Counted from the first letter of the stretch, positions 25,960 to 39,306 are shown. The stretch: 64,000 nucleotides of DNA from Octopus vulgaris (GCA_951406725.2 OX597815.1:48422001-48486000); one strand, 5' to 3'. Numbers and translations: made by a program. The notes: a model not told the origin generated them from the letters alone.

Positions 25960-26530
25960 GCCGCTGCTACTATTATCATCACTACCATCTTACTTCAAAC
26001 CCCAACATACCAGCACCCCACTCCCTACAACTATTAACCCCACCACTACCACCCCAACACAACCATGTCACCACCATCACAACCACCACCACCACCACCA
26101 TCATCACTACAACCCCACAGTCATCACTGTGCCACCCCCAAATCACCACTGCCCTAAAAACAACCACCACCACCCTATTATTTCTACTCCATATACCACC
26201 CACTACTACACCAGCACCACTGTGCTACATCACCAAAATGCTAGAAACTACCATCATCACCGCAACACTGCAACCATCACCACCACCACCACCCTAGAAA
26301 CAAATACCACCACTACCACCTCTACTCTAAAAACAACCACATTACCACAACATCACCACTACCCTAGAAAAAACCACCGCCACCTCCTCTACTCTAAAAA
26401 CAACCACTACCACTGCTACATCACCACTACCCTAGAAACAACCACCACCACTACCACCCCTACCTTTCGAAGTACCATCATTACCATAACACCACAGCCT
26501 GCCCCAGCACCAGTGCTAGCACCACCTCAC
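25700..26530. repeat. (ACC)n/(ACT)n low-complexity tract with degenerate accactaccctagaaac units
   Basis: Directly visible. Confidence 0.85.
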
Positions 26531-26559
26531 TCCAAGCTGTCTTCCTTTTCTTAGCAATG

Positions 26560-26725
26560 GTAAAACACAGCTAAGGAAAAACGTGCCAAGAAGTGACAGG
26601 TTTTCTATCCAACAGAACAAGCATAATATGGGAATATGGAACGCCAAGTCAGCTCTGAATCTATTGAAAATCCAGACACTCTTGGCAGACTGTACGAGAG
26701 CAGAATCATTTCCAAGCAAAGACTT
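26560..26725 (-). mobile_element. Probable decayed CR1/Jockey-type LINE RT C-terminal fragment
   Basis: GFSIDSELTWRS/HI resembles the LG+T+DS+LTW++HI motif of LINE RTs. Confidence 0.35.
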
Positions 26726-26835
26726 TGTAGGTAACAGATTATTGTTGCAAAGTAAATAGATAATTGAGAGACAGGGGGGAGAGGAAGAATGTGTGTGTGT
26801 ATATAAGAGAGGGGGAGAGAGACGAAGAAGGAGGG

Positions 26836-26926
<91 letters not shown>

Positions 26927-27199
26927 AAGAAAGATAGAAAGAAAGAGAGAAATAATTCTTTTTTCCCATTTCTTGAATGGATATGTGTTTCTCTAACTGC
27001 AGGTAAATACACAAGTGTGCTTGTATGTGTGTATGCAGGTGTGTGTTTGTATGTATGTGTATGTGTTTGTACCTGTGTGAGCATGTCTCTGTTATAGTTG
27101 TACATGCATATTTATTTATTTATATTGTTATATTTGTGATTCATTCTTTCTATTTGTTTACTTCACAAAGACATTGGCCATAGACCCAACTAATTTATA

Positions 27200-27860
27200 A
27201 TTACTTGTTGAGCACTATGAGTTGATAAATACTGCACTTACAGACTAAAGATGTACATTGTAATGTTGATAAGTATTTTGTTCTTAGTCTACTCCTAGGT
27301 CTCCTGCTGGTTGGCCTGCCTTGAAGAAGAAGAAGTTTTGTCATTCTTTCCTGCAGCATTTTAATCACAAGTCTGAAGTACAAGAGCTGTCACTTAAAAG
27401 TGATATATCTATAACTGTGCAATTAATTTTGGAAATACTTCCAGGCTGAAACTTCCCATTGTTTTGCAATCCAAATGGTAAACCTGCTTGGAATTTGTGC
27501 ATTCCAAAATTCTCTAAATTCCTAATGAATTTCCACTCTTAGTTCCCTTGGTGTTTAACAGGGCACTATCTCTTTGAGGTAGCCAAAAGGAAATAATCAC
27601 AGTTAAAAAGGTGAGATGTCTCAGTTGGGGCATGATATGGTTGGTTAACATTTCTTTATTAACATCGATGGGTGCTCTTTTTGCAGAGTGGGACATTTCC
27701 CTTGGCTATATATAAGGATCTCTTTCAGGAGCAAATGGATTATTTCCCTTGGGTGTTTAAAAATAATATATTAGTTATATGTAGTAGATAAAAGGATCCC
27801 TTCCAAGGGCCCTATTATTGATTTTTTCAACAATCTAAGTATGTCACTAGTTTTCCAGAC
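27200..27860 (-). mobile_element. Possible decayed PLE linker/GIY-YIG region
   Basis: QGRPTSRRPRSRL loosely resembles Y+G+T.R.L..R of GIY-YIG endonucleases; heavily disrupted. Confidence 0.25.
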
Positions 27861-28218
27861 TTGAGTTCTACTCATGTGTCAGGTTTCATGCAAATCGATA
27901 TAACGATGTAGGAGGAGTTTGATAACAACGCCACAAACAAACACACCCACAGATTTCCACATATGTAGTATATATATATAATAAAACCTGAAAGTTCATT
28001 AATACAACTTCCAGTTTCACTTTTCAAAAGATGAACCAAAAAATGAAACCTATTAAGTATTATATTACTCTCTAAATCATACAGAGTATGTGCTCTCACG
28101 TTCGTAAATACACACACAGGTACAAATAAATGGAACTCTAACAAACTATAGATGAATAAGGATAGAAAATTACTAATTAGAAATGTATGAAGACATAGAT
28201 GCGAAAATTCACCTAGGG

Positions 28219-28385
<167 letters not shown>

Positions 28386-28782
28386 GAATCATCCTAAAAG
28401 TCAGAGTATAAATATGTATATAAAATAGAGACAGAGTAAAGAAAATATTTTCAGAACAGAATTATATCACAATAAAAAGAATCTAAAAATATATATAAAA
28501 TAAAAATGTAATGTAAACGAAAATGTAAATGAAAGATGAGGAAGGAAAAACATTAATTTATGCACATTCATCAACAAAGTTACCTTGCATGGATCTGACT
28601 AATTATAATACCAGGTCTTATATAAACATTAAAAAAATACACATCAAGGTATGCAATCACCTACATATATGTTATGTATATATATATATATATATAAAGT
28701 TAATCCAAACAGAAAACAAAAAAGACAACAACGCAAGGAGGTGGAACAATTAAAGTATTATTAGGCGCTCAGGAAAAAAGGG

Positions 28783-28829
<47 letters not shown>

Positions 28830-28831
<2 letters not shown>

Positions 28832-29182
28832 GGCTGTGTGATTAAGAAGCTTACTTCTTTGCAACCAAGTGGTTTCAGGTTCAGTTTCACTGCATGGCAC
28901 CTTGGTTAAATGTCTTCTACTATAGCCATGTCTTCTACTATGACCAATACCTTGTGTGTGAATTTGGTATGAAGAAAATGAAAGAAGGGCATTATATGTG
29001 TGTGTCTGTGCATGTTTGGATCACTTGATAACTGGTGTTGGTTTGTTTACACTCATGTAAATTAGCAGTTCAGAAAAAGTGACTAACAGGATAAGTAACA
29101 ATTTAAAAAATAAGCACTGGTGATGCTTCAGGGCAGTGCCCCAGTGTGGCCACACTCCAATGACTGAAAGGAAAAGTAAAAA
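28830..29182 (+). mobile_element. SINE family A, full bipartite copy
   Basis: Head, internal TG tract and tail (ggcagtgccccag..tggcc...tgactgaaa). Confidence 0.75.
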
Positions 29183-30304
29183 GGTATATATTTCTGTAAA
29201 GGGAGTTCTGCCTCAGTTCTTTTAACTAGAATTTCTAAGGCAGAATGAGTAAAATATCATGGCAAATGAAATTTGCCAGTTTGAAGAGGAAAGTGGCTAA
29301 TGATTTCCATAAGGGTTTGGGAGATAAAGGGCAATGCAAGAGCATAAGCCGAAGACAGTCGAGATCCAAACTTGTAAGTGGTAGTAATAGCAAGGGGACT
29401 AAAGTGAAACTGGTATGTAAATACTAATGACATAAGTGCTGGCTATAATTTCTATAGAATATCTGTAGAGATACCCTTAACTAGAATGAAACTATTGACA
29501 TTATGATAGGCAATGACTTAACAAAACTTTCTGATTGTTGTATTGGTGGTACTTTAGAACGGCAGTATAGGAGGGTAACAAAAGAGAAAGTTCCTTAAAT
29601 AGAAAGTTCTTAGGGAATCCTATGAAACATGATGGTAGCAGAGTATAGTATTCACATTAAAAATGAGATGTTTTGAATTTGTATTAGATACACAATATCT
29701 AATCTGGCTGGAGTTGGACTGTAAAGAAAAACACAGCATATGCAGGCTGGAGAGATGTTCAGAGATCGTATCATCAAAGATAAGGTAGACAAATGCAATG
29801 AGTAAACCCATAAGTAAAAGCAGAAAATAAAATTTTGATAAGTAGCAAAGTGAAATGAACAGTAGATGGTTGCGGTAGTTCTTGGTTTGATGAGGTGTCT
29901 GTATGGACAACGGGGAGGGAGGAATAAAAGAATGCTACAATGTGTGCAGAAAGAATCCAAACATTCTCAAGTAGCATCAATAGTACTTGGTACAGATGGA
30001 AAAACTGACACAACTCAGAGAAGATCCAAAGTCTTTATGATTTCAAGTCGACAGCTGACGCAAAGAGTGTCTTGCAGTGCATAGTGCCGCAATATATACA
30101 TATATATATATATACATATATACTTATACATAATGCATATGTGCATGCACAAGCACACACACACACATTGTTAAAGTTTATTATTTTTCATTACTTCAAG
30201 TTTCATACAAAAGTGGCATTCATCAAGTGGAACATCAATAAAGACATTCAAAATGAAATATTGCTCTTTTGTTCATACAATTCATACAAGTACTTGTAAA
30301 ATAG

Positions 30305-30354
<50 letters not shown>

Positions 30355-30363
30355 CATACATAA

Positions 30364-30401
<38 letters not shown>

Positions 30402-30460
30402 GTATATATACATATATATACATATATATATATATGTATATATATATATATGTATATTTA

Positions 30461-30512
<52 letters not shown>

Positions 30513-30610
30513 CATACATAAATATATTTATGTATGTGACCATGTGTACACAATTAATAAGATTACTGTTGAAAGAATTCTGACATACTGAAACACCTGT
30601 ACAATACAAG

Positions 30611-30679
<69 letters not shown>

Positions 30680-31391
30680 CACACACATACACATACACGT
30701 ACATACACATGTATGTACGTGTATATAAGTATGTTTGTATGTATGCACACTGAGTATTTCAGTCACCATGATGTGTTCATGTAATGACTTGAGACCACTG
30801 TCCAACAACAAATAGTTATTTCTAGTCAGAGAGCAATGTAAGAATTTGAGGTGTGTTTAGACAATTTTCTCCAAAGTTTTGCATCTGCACCAATATTGTT
30901 CCAGTATTGTCATCTGCCTAAGACTGGATATTTTTCATTTTCTCATTTCTTTTTCTTTTTCTTTCTTTCTTTTCTTTGGCATTTAAACTAATTTACTGAT
31001 TCTCCAAAGAACTTAAAGTTCCAGACAATCAATTCTGTTTTAGCTTTGTGTAATTTTGAGGTAACAAAATTCTTTGAAGACAGTGGAAAAAAATTTTTTT
31101 AATCCAATTTTGGTAACTAAATAAATGAGAACCAGTTGCTTGGGAAATTAAACAAAAGATGGAGTTAACCACACATTACAAGAGCTATTGGTCAAAGAAT
31201 GGCAAGGGAAAGAGAGAGAGAGAGAGAAAGAGAATAAAAGAATAATACATACAAATAAAGAAAAGTTGGGAGAAAAGAGAGCAGGAAAGATAGTGGTGAG
31301 AAGCTGGAGGAGAGAGAAAGAGAGAGAGGAGAGAGAAAGAGAGAGAGGAAAGAGAAAGAGAAAGAGAGAGAGGTGAGAGTAGCAGAGACAG

Positions 31392-31457
<66 letters not shown>

Positions 31458-31477
31458 AGAGAGAGAGAGAGAGACAG

Positions 31478-31516
<39 letters not shown>

Positions 31517-31587
31517 GAAACAGAGAAGATAATACAAATATAGAGAAGGAAAGAAAGATGTAAAAAGATGGAGACAGATTGAGAGAG

Positions 31588-31631
<44 letters not shown>

Positions 31632-32167
31632 TGACAGACAGAAAGTGAAAGAAAGGATAACACAAATAATGAAGAGTATATGGGAGAGAAGAGAGGAGGA
31701 AAGGAAGAGGTGAAATATAGAAAAAGGGAGATAGGAAATGAGAGAAATAGAAACAGGAAGGGTGCAAGTTAAAAGAAGAGAAGGTGAACAGGAAGAAAGC
31801 CAAATAGAGAGTGAGATTAAAAGAGACTGTGGCTTTATAGTAAGAAAAGACAAGACAGGGGTTAATTTGAAAGGAAGAAAGTGGATGGAAATAGAGAGGG
31901 AGAGAAGAGAGAGGAAAGTAGAGAGTGAGAGAAGAAAGTGACAGAGAGGAGAAATAGACTGGCGTGCTGATTGGTTGGTGGACTTTGATGAATGAAACCT
32001 GTGTGTGGTAGTGGAGATCTGTGTGAAATGAAACACTTGCAGAGATGGAATGTTCCAAGATTTGAGAGATGATTGACAATAACCATTGGCTGGCACATGG
32101 TGGACAGAGAATGGCACAAGATGACATACAAAGAGTGATCAAGAAAGACAATCTACATTAGCAGTAC

Positions 32168-32213
<46 letters not shown>

Positions 32214-32265
32214 GGTGGTGGTGGCGGTGGCGGCAGTAGTGGCGGTGGTGGCGGCGGTGGTGGTG

Positions 32266-32320
<55 letters not shown>

Positions 32321-32479
32321 GTAGTTGTGGTAGTAGTTGTAGTAGTAGTTAGTGTTGTTTAGTTGATCAAAGACATTTTAGTGGTGACCAATCCGTCTAT
32401 TTCTTTATCTGGGACTTCATTGTCCAATGTATTCTTACCCATTTTTTTTTAATAAAAAGATGTTAATTGTGTTTATCTT

Positions 32480-32684
32480 TTATCTTTTATTTGTTTCAGT
32501 GCTGGGGCGCAGCTTTGAAGAATATTTTTAGTTGAATGAATGGACCCTAATACTTATTTCTTTATAAGCTGGTACTTATTCTACCAGTCTCTTTTGCTGA
32601 ACTGCTAAGTTATGGGGACATAATCACGCCAACACTGGTTGCCAAGCAATGTGGTGAAGGACAAACACAGATACAAAGACACAT

Positions 32685-32722
<38 letters not shown>

Positions 32723-32875
32723 GACAGGATTCTTTCAGTTTCCGTCTATCACATTCACTTACAAGGATTTGGTTGGCCCAAGGCTATAGAAGAAGACACT
32801 TGCTCAAGGTGCCATGCAGTGGGACGGATTCTGAAACCATGTGGTTAGGAAGCAAACTTCTAACCACACAGTCTT
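32480..32875 (-). mobile_element. SINE family A, full bipartite copy with internal (CA)n
   Basis: Collinear with 52685-53095. Confidence 0.8.
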
Positions 32876-32999
32876 GAGATTCTTTGGAATTTATATATAT
32901 GTAACAAAAGCAAAGTTTGAAGGAATTCTTGCCTTTCACAAAACTCCTATACAATGGGGAAAACTTAATGTATTACTACCTGTTTCATGTGAATGACAG

Positions 33000-33338
33000 G
33001 GGAGGAGGAGAAGAAGGAGGCAGGGGAGGAGGAAGGAGAGAAGAAAAAGAAAGAGAAGAAAATAAAGAGAAGAAAGAGGATGTGAAGAAGAAAAAGAAGG
33101 AAGGGGAGGAAGAAGGGGAGAAGAAGAAGCAAAAAGAAGAAGAAAGAGGAGAAAAAAGAGGAGGTGAAGAAGAAGAAGAAAAGAAGGAAGGGGAGGAGGA
33201 GGAGGAGAGAAGAAGAAGAAAGAGGAGACGAAGAAATAGAAGAAAGAAAAGAAGAAGGAAAAGAAGAAGGAAGAAAAAGAAAGAGAAGAAGAAGAAGAAG
33301 AAGAAGAAGAAGAAGAAGAAGAAGAAGAAGAAGAAGAA
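33000..33338. repeat. Purine-rich (GAA)n/(GGA)n tract
   Basis: Directly visible. Confidence 0.9.
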
Positions 33339-33792
33339 ACTCTAACTTGTTTTAAAGTGTTATCTCTAGCAGGTGTGTCTAATTCTTAACCTAATATAAG
33401 GTGAGATTATTAATTCTGACTTGTTTCACCTATGAACTAAAAACGGAGAAGATGATGATGAAGATATCAGTGACAATGTCAATAATAATGGTATTTATGA
33501 TGACAACAAAGATGATGATAATGAGAATGGAGGTGATGACAAAGACGGGGATAATTATTGTCAACCAACTTGTGACTGAAGGTCATATTGTAAGGTAATA
33601 AATATTGAAGGTATCAATGTAATTTTATATATGTGTGTATGCATGTATTAGCCATCTATGACTGTGTGAGTACTTATATGGCAATATAAGAACCAAAAGA
33701 TTTCATCTCATTGAAGGCAGAGTTATCATTAAAATTAATTGTCATAGCTGCATCATATAGCATTCATACATACACATATATATATGTAAGCA

Positions 33793-33845
<53 letters not shown>

Positions 33846-33850
<5 letters not shown>

Positions 33851-33999
33851 TAATCCAAACAAGAAAGCACAAAAAAACACAACGCGAGGACGTGGAACAA
33901 ATATAGTATTATTTGGACGCTCAGGAAAGAACGTTTCGAGCGGAGCTCTTCATCGGAAACATAGGAGAAGGAAAGATCCAGAGAAGGGAAGATAGAGGA

Positions 34000-34003
<4 letters not shown>
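33846..34003 (-). mobile_element. TA-flanked PLE-type fragment with variant hammerhead core; sister fragment at 28696-28785
   Basis: Minus strand CCGATGAA-gagc-tcc-gctc-GAAAC-GTT at 33930-33956. The shared end aaagttaatccaaaca occurs in both copies. Confidence 0.55.
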
Positions 34004-34035
<32 letters not shown>

Positions 34036-34038
<3 letters not shown>

Positions 34039-34515
34039 TCATCATCATCGTTTAACGTCCGCTTTCCATGCTAGCATGGGTTGGACGATTTTGACTGAGG
34101 GCTGGCGAACCAGATGGCTGCACCAGGCTCCAATCTTGATCTGGCAGAGTTTCTACAGCTGGATGCCCTTCCTAACGCCAACCACTCTGAGAGTGTAGTG
34201 GGTGCTTTTTATGTGCCACTGGCACGGGGGCTAGTCAGGCAGTACTGGCAATGACCACGCTCGAATATTTTTACACATGCTGGTAACGATCATGCTTGAA
34301 TGGTGCCTTTTATGTGCCACCAGCACAGAAGCCAGTTAGCCGCTCTGGCAACGATCACACTCGGATGGGGCTCTTAGCACCCTACTTGCATGAGCACAAG
34401 TGCCAGCAAAGCGACGCTGATAACGATCCCACTCGAATGGTGCCTTTTATGTGCCACTGGCATGGAAGCTGGTTAGCCGCTCTGTCAACGATCACACTTG
34501 GATGGTTAGTGCACC
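34036..34515 (-). mobile_element. RTE LINE 3' end
   Basis: (CAT)n-cgtttaacgtccgctttccatgctagcatggg plus 3'UTR repeats. Confidence 0.88.
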
Positions 34516-34539
34516 ATATATATATATATATATATATAA

Positions 34540-34804
34540 TCATATCAAAGGGAAATGGAAATTAATAGAAATTTTCACTTCCAGTGGCCTAGCATGTAAA
34601 AATTTTGTCCAAAGACTATGTATCACTCATAAAAAAAAAAATACAGTGTACATTTATACACATAAGAGGAGTCCACTTATGGGATTCATCACACTAGAAA
34701 GAACAGCTAGGTTCTAAAACTTTGATCAGGTTTTAGAATCTAGCTGTTTTTCTAGCGTGATAAATCCCATGAGTGGATTCCTCATATGTGCATAAATGTA
34801 CACT
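34540..34804. mobile_element. TA-flanked fold-back (arms 34645-34720 and 34730-34804), related to 38400-38720
   Basis: Hairpin centred on TGATCA. The left part is homologous to 38400-38570. Confidence 0.75.
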
Positions 34805-35894
34805 TTATATATATATATTTTTATATATATATGTGGAGAAGAGGAATTTCGTAAAGACTATTCCTTGAACCCCACTACCTAACAAAAGAATAATGTTATA
34901 TTCAGAAGTCATAGGGGCTGGTATAGGACTATTAGCAATGGAGAGCACCACTGGACCTGGCTGGCTCTATGCATGATGGCACCTTTGGGACCACTAACTT
35001 GTAATGACCCCAGCCCCATCAAGCAAGTGCATGAAGCCAACCAGAAGCTAGAAGTCATCAATCAACTGCAAAGTCCAATTTAAAAAATTCAGAATGACAC
35101 TAACCTAGGTAAAGATATATAAGTAACTTAGAGAGTATACACTGACTGTTATCCTGAAGAAATATATCTAAAATGAGATCTAATTGGACTTTCCAATAAA
35201 GAAGGAACATTTACAAAAGAAACACGATTGAAAATAATGTGGGAGAAAGAATATTGGAAATAAGTACAGGGGAAACATTTTGAAAAATAATTATGGAACT
35301 AAATATAATTCTGGTGATCAGCAGATTTAGAATTAGAATAAATGCAACTAGCCAAAACTTTCAAAACCATACTTTTAGATGAAATCAAAAGGAAACATGG
35401 ACACCACATGGGATAATCAAAGTATATGAAAACAAGAATTATAAATTCATTAAAAAAAAGGTACATTAATAATACTACAAATGAACAAACTTGCAATGGA
35501 ACCTGAATTTATTCCAACTTTATGAAATTCAAATTTTAGTGAAATTAAAGATGATATTCCAAATCATTGTTGAAAGTTGAGTTTTACAGAGGAAATGCTT
35601 GTTAAAGACAATGACAATGGATCTATAGTTAGAAACAAAAAGAAATATTATCTACCAAAATGTAGAAAAAGAGAATCCGATCATTTCTGTGATAATATAA
35701 ATAAGTTGCTATACAAATTTCTACTAAAACATAAACATTTTAATTTCCATGCAAAAGACTGGGTCAGTATAAATACAATGAAAATCAATCTAAAACTGAT
35801 TATAAAAGGAAATATTATAATTATAATGGATATAGATTGCTATGGAAAATGTTGCCTTATATATGCTTGAAAATAACAGTTGTGAAAAAAGATT

Positions 35895-36190
35895 AATGAC
35901 TGTAACTGGTACTCCGCCAGTTATGATGATAATGGTTCAAGTTGAGCTCATCAACAGAACAGCCAGCTCATGAAATTAATGTGCAAGTGACTGAGAACTC
36001 TACAGATGTGTGCCCTTAATGTAATTTTCAGGGAGATTCAGCATGACACAGAATCTAACAAGCCAGGCCCATTCAAACACATATACTACTCAATTTTGTC
36101 AGCTGAGTGGATTGAAGCTATGTGAAATAAAATGTCTTGCTCAAGGACAAAATGTGCCCCAAGAATAGAACTCATGACCTTACGATTCAT
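35895..36190 (-). mobile_element. SINE family C copy
   Basis: Reverse complement of part of 56834-57200; another copy at about 40462-40770. Confidence 0.7.
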
Positions 36191-36450
36191 GTATTTTACA
36201 AAACATTTAAAAATTTTGATCAAACAATACACCAATAAAAAAAAATGATAGAACAAATACATGTATCAGAATAACTTGAGATTAAAAAACATGAACAATT
36301 TAGGCAATAACATGGAATACATTTTTATAATTACTTGAAGGAAAATTAAATAGATATTTAGACAATTTTGACCTATGGGAAGACACTTTGAATAAGCTTC
36401 CTGAATTCAAGACACTTATAAATAATATAAGCATAGCATCTAGTTTAGTA

Positions 36451-36710
36451 GGATGTGCGTGGCTTAGTGGTTAGGGTGTCAGCACCTTGATCATAAGATT
36501 GTGGTTTCAATTCCTGGACTAGGTGATGCATTGTGCTCTTGAGCAAAACACTTTATTTCATGTTGCTCCAGTCCACTCAGCTGGCAAAAATGAGTAACAC
36601 TGTGATGGATTGGCGTCCCCTCCAAGCTGGGGAACACATATGCCATAGAAACTGGGAAACTGGGCCCATGAGCCTGGTTAGGCTTTAAAAGGGCACGTTT
36701 ATTTTTTACT
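36451..36710 (+). mobile_element. tRNA-derived SINE with a 13-bp target-site duplication
   Basis: A box tggcttagtgg and B box ggtttcaattcc. atctagtttagta at both 36438-36450 and 36711-36723. Confidence 0.88.
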
Positions 36711-37336
36711 ATCTAGTTTAGTATAGAGTACAGCAAGGAAAGATTACTTTTCTTAGATAGTGATATATTGGTTACAGAAAAATGAGTAAGATTTAGACAG
36801 ATGTATTATCTTAACCAATTGACTCAGGGCAATATTTACTTTTTACTTCATGCCATCAGAATTAATATTCCATTCAATCTAGCTAAAAGAGTATGTGACA
36901 TTTTTCCAAATGAAAGCATATTAAAGAAAAGCCAAAAACAACTAGATGGTATTTTGATTGAAAGATGTTATCAACCATCATTCAATGAAAACAAAATTAA
37001 GAGGTTAGAGGTATTTTACATCTGTGATTTCATAATTGTAAAAATTGAAACAGAAACAAATGTTTAATCTACATTTCAGTACATACATAACCAATTTGCT
37101 AATGTCAAAATTAGTAGAGTTACAGAAGACCAAGAGATAACTAAAAGCAAAAACCAGCCAAAACCGCTAAATAATCTGATAAACTAAAGCCCAGTTATGT
37201 AAGAATTTACTTAGACATATAAATCCCAATGGTTTGCTACTTGATTTTAGTATCTACACATGCCTAACGTCTTGAACATTAACAGCATGTTATTCAAAGT
37301 TTATTTAGCCTGAATTCAAAATTGACTTTTTAATAT

Positions 37337-37395
<59 letters not shown>

Positions 37396-37631
37396 CAATA
37401 ACACTATAAAATGGTCAAACTTTTTCCACAAGAACTTAGTTCAATTTGAAAGCTCCACCAGAATGGACAAAAGCGCTAATACATGAAATATGATATAAGT
37501 TATATGATGTATAAAAACATGTAATATACAAATAAATATCTGTAAATATAAAATCATCCAAATTTCTGAGTACCTCATTTCTTCTAATATAAAATACCTG
37601 TACATCATCTCCAAACCTTCTAATATATATA

Positions 37632-38168
37632 TACAAATTGAGATAGGGGTTGTAAATGCAGCCCTCCATGGGATAACATATATCCAATATACTGCTAGTG
37701 AAGTACCCAACAAAGTTAATACATAAATGTTAATGATTGCGATGCAATCAATTCATTTACTGTATTATATGGGCAAAGGTAAAATGATTTACCACAAATT
37801 ACTAATACAAGATAAGAAAATGGAGAAATACATCTAAATCAAATATCAATTACCAGATAATACTCAATCACATACTTTATTAAACCACCACATAAGAGAC
37901 TGTAGGATTAAATATAAAAAGCAGAACAAATCAGTGTGCATAAAGGAATGTACATAAAAAAGTGTACATAAAAGAGTAATGTTGTATAATAAGTAGAATA
38001 TATATAAAAGAGAATATAAATATAAGTAAATATAAATATAAGTATAGATTACATCTTACAGCTGTTTCGGCCACAGTCTCTTATGTGGTGGTTTAATAAA
38101 GTATGTGATTGAGTATTATCTGGTAATTAATATTTGATTTAGATGTGTTTCTCCATTTTCTTATCTTG

Positions 38169-38171
<3 letters not shown>
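37632..38171 (-). mobile_element. PLE-type fold-back of the same family as 10674-11290 (arms 37805-37903 and 38073-38171)
   Basis: Tail homologous to 11113-11290. Hammerhead 3' half ggcc-GAAAC-agct-GTA at 38057-38072 (-). Confidence 0.82.
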
Positions 38172-38199
<28 letters not shown>

Positions 38200-38630
38200 A
38201 TATATTTGTATATATCATGTGATCACGTGACCGACCAAGCCATCAGATGTTGCTACACATCGCTGGTCACAATGCGTTTCGCATTGTTTTAGCCTTCAAT
38301 GACACCACCCCACTGGCTAAGTGAGCAGGCCAACAGAAGAAAGAGTGAGAGAAAATTGTGGTGAAAGAGTACAGCAGGGATATATATATACATTTAATAA
38401 TATCAGGGTAATAAAGATTTTAGAAATTTTTACTACCAGTGGCCTACCATATAGAAAAATTAGTCAATAGACTATATATTATTCATAAAAACTACAGTGT
38501 ACATTTAAACACATTAAGAGGTTTCCATCATAAGAATCCCTTATGCTAGAAGGAACAGCTAAAGTCCAAACCACTAATTAGGGATAAATTCTCGAAGGGA
38601 ATAAAAAATAAAAACATTTACCATCTATTT

Positions 38631-38704
38631 CCTGGACCATGGTTTCTGACTTATTTTAGCAAATAAAATGAAATAGTTTGCTAGGCCAAGTCTTCATCAA
38701 CAGG
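38631..38704 (-). ncRNA. Type I hammerhead motif with a C3U change and long helix II
   Basis: Minus strand: cctg-TTGATGA-a-gactt..tagcaaa...tttgcta..aagtc-a-GAAAC-catg-GTC-cagg. Palindromic helix III ACCATGGT. Confidence 0.65.
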
Positions 38705-38724
38705 TACGCCAATCTTGACATACC

Positions 38725-38985
38725 TGTTAAGTTATGGGGTCATAAACACGCCAACATCGGTTGTCAAGTGATTGTGGAGGAACAAACACAGACACAAAGA
38801 CACACACACATAAATGTACACACATATATATATGATGGGTTTCTTTCAGTTTCTGTCTATCAGATCCACTCACAAGACTGCAGCTAACGAAGAAGACACT
38901 TGCCCAAGGTGTCATGCAGTGGGACTGAACCCAGAACCATGAGATTAGGAAGCAAGTTTCTTACCACACAACCACACATGCACTT
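38725..38985 (-). mobile_element. SINE family A
   Basis: Similar to the other copies. Confidence 0.75.
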
Positions 38986-39259
38986 ATGTTTATTTTTTTC
39001 ATTCCAGGTTTTTTTTTTGCAACACTCACCAACTAGATATGACAATTTCTGACCTCCAGTGGCAAAGTGCTATCACTATACTCTTTCTACAAGCCCTTCA
39101 GGTAAGTGCCAGGGTTTGTGGCTTTTTCCAAACTCTCATGTACAAAATCAATTGGTAAAATTGGCTGAAATGGATTTATAGTACTGTATTGTATAAATAT
39201 TATTACACACTTACACACACACAAATCAATGAGTCATGAAATACAAAAACACTACTCAC

Positions 39260-39306
39260 CTTCTCATCAACAGAATCCTTAACAAATATTACATTCATAA
39301 TATTAC
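39260..39306 (-). CDS. Candidate 47-nt internal exon, (x)NIMNVIFVKDSVDEK
   Basis: AAG|GTGAGT consensus donor. T/TG-rich acceptor ttag|. Open in phase 1 to 0. Confidence 0.45.

Larger units (their letters stand above)
34830..37320 (+). mobile_element. Decayed Penelope-like element ORF (RT), interrupted by two SINEs
   Basis: MLVKDNDNGSIV and KGNIIIIMD (cf. KxADKG), RYLDNFDLWEDTLNKLPEFKTLINN, FSIEYSKERLLFLD, PIDSGQYLLFTSCH, INIPFNLAKRVC, KSKNQPK: collinear PLE RT, thumb and linker motifs. Outer boundaries approximate. Confidence 0.78.

Noticed and set aside
25700-26554. 284-aa Thr/His/Leu-rich ORF resembling a mucin
   Set aside because: ACC/ACT low-complexity tract; residue runs switch with frame slips and no domain is present.
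26555-26730. Plus-strand 176-nt exon candidate (ttag|...|gtaaca) with an open frame
   Set aside because: Weak donor, and the minus strand resembles a LINE RT fragment, which explains the composition better.
29200-30090. Possible decayed LINE endonuclease on the minus strand
   Set aside because: No diagnostic motif could be read with confidence.
31148-32151. Long hydrophobic minus-strand ORFs (171-319 aa)
   Set aside because: They arise from GA-rich low-complexity DNA that lacks stops on the pyrimidine strand.
32917-33355. Lys/Glu/Arg-rich ORFs
   Set aside because: (GAA)n/(GGA)n tract.
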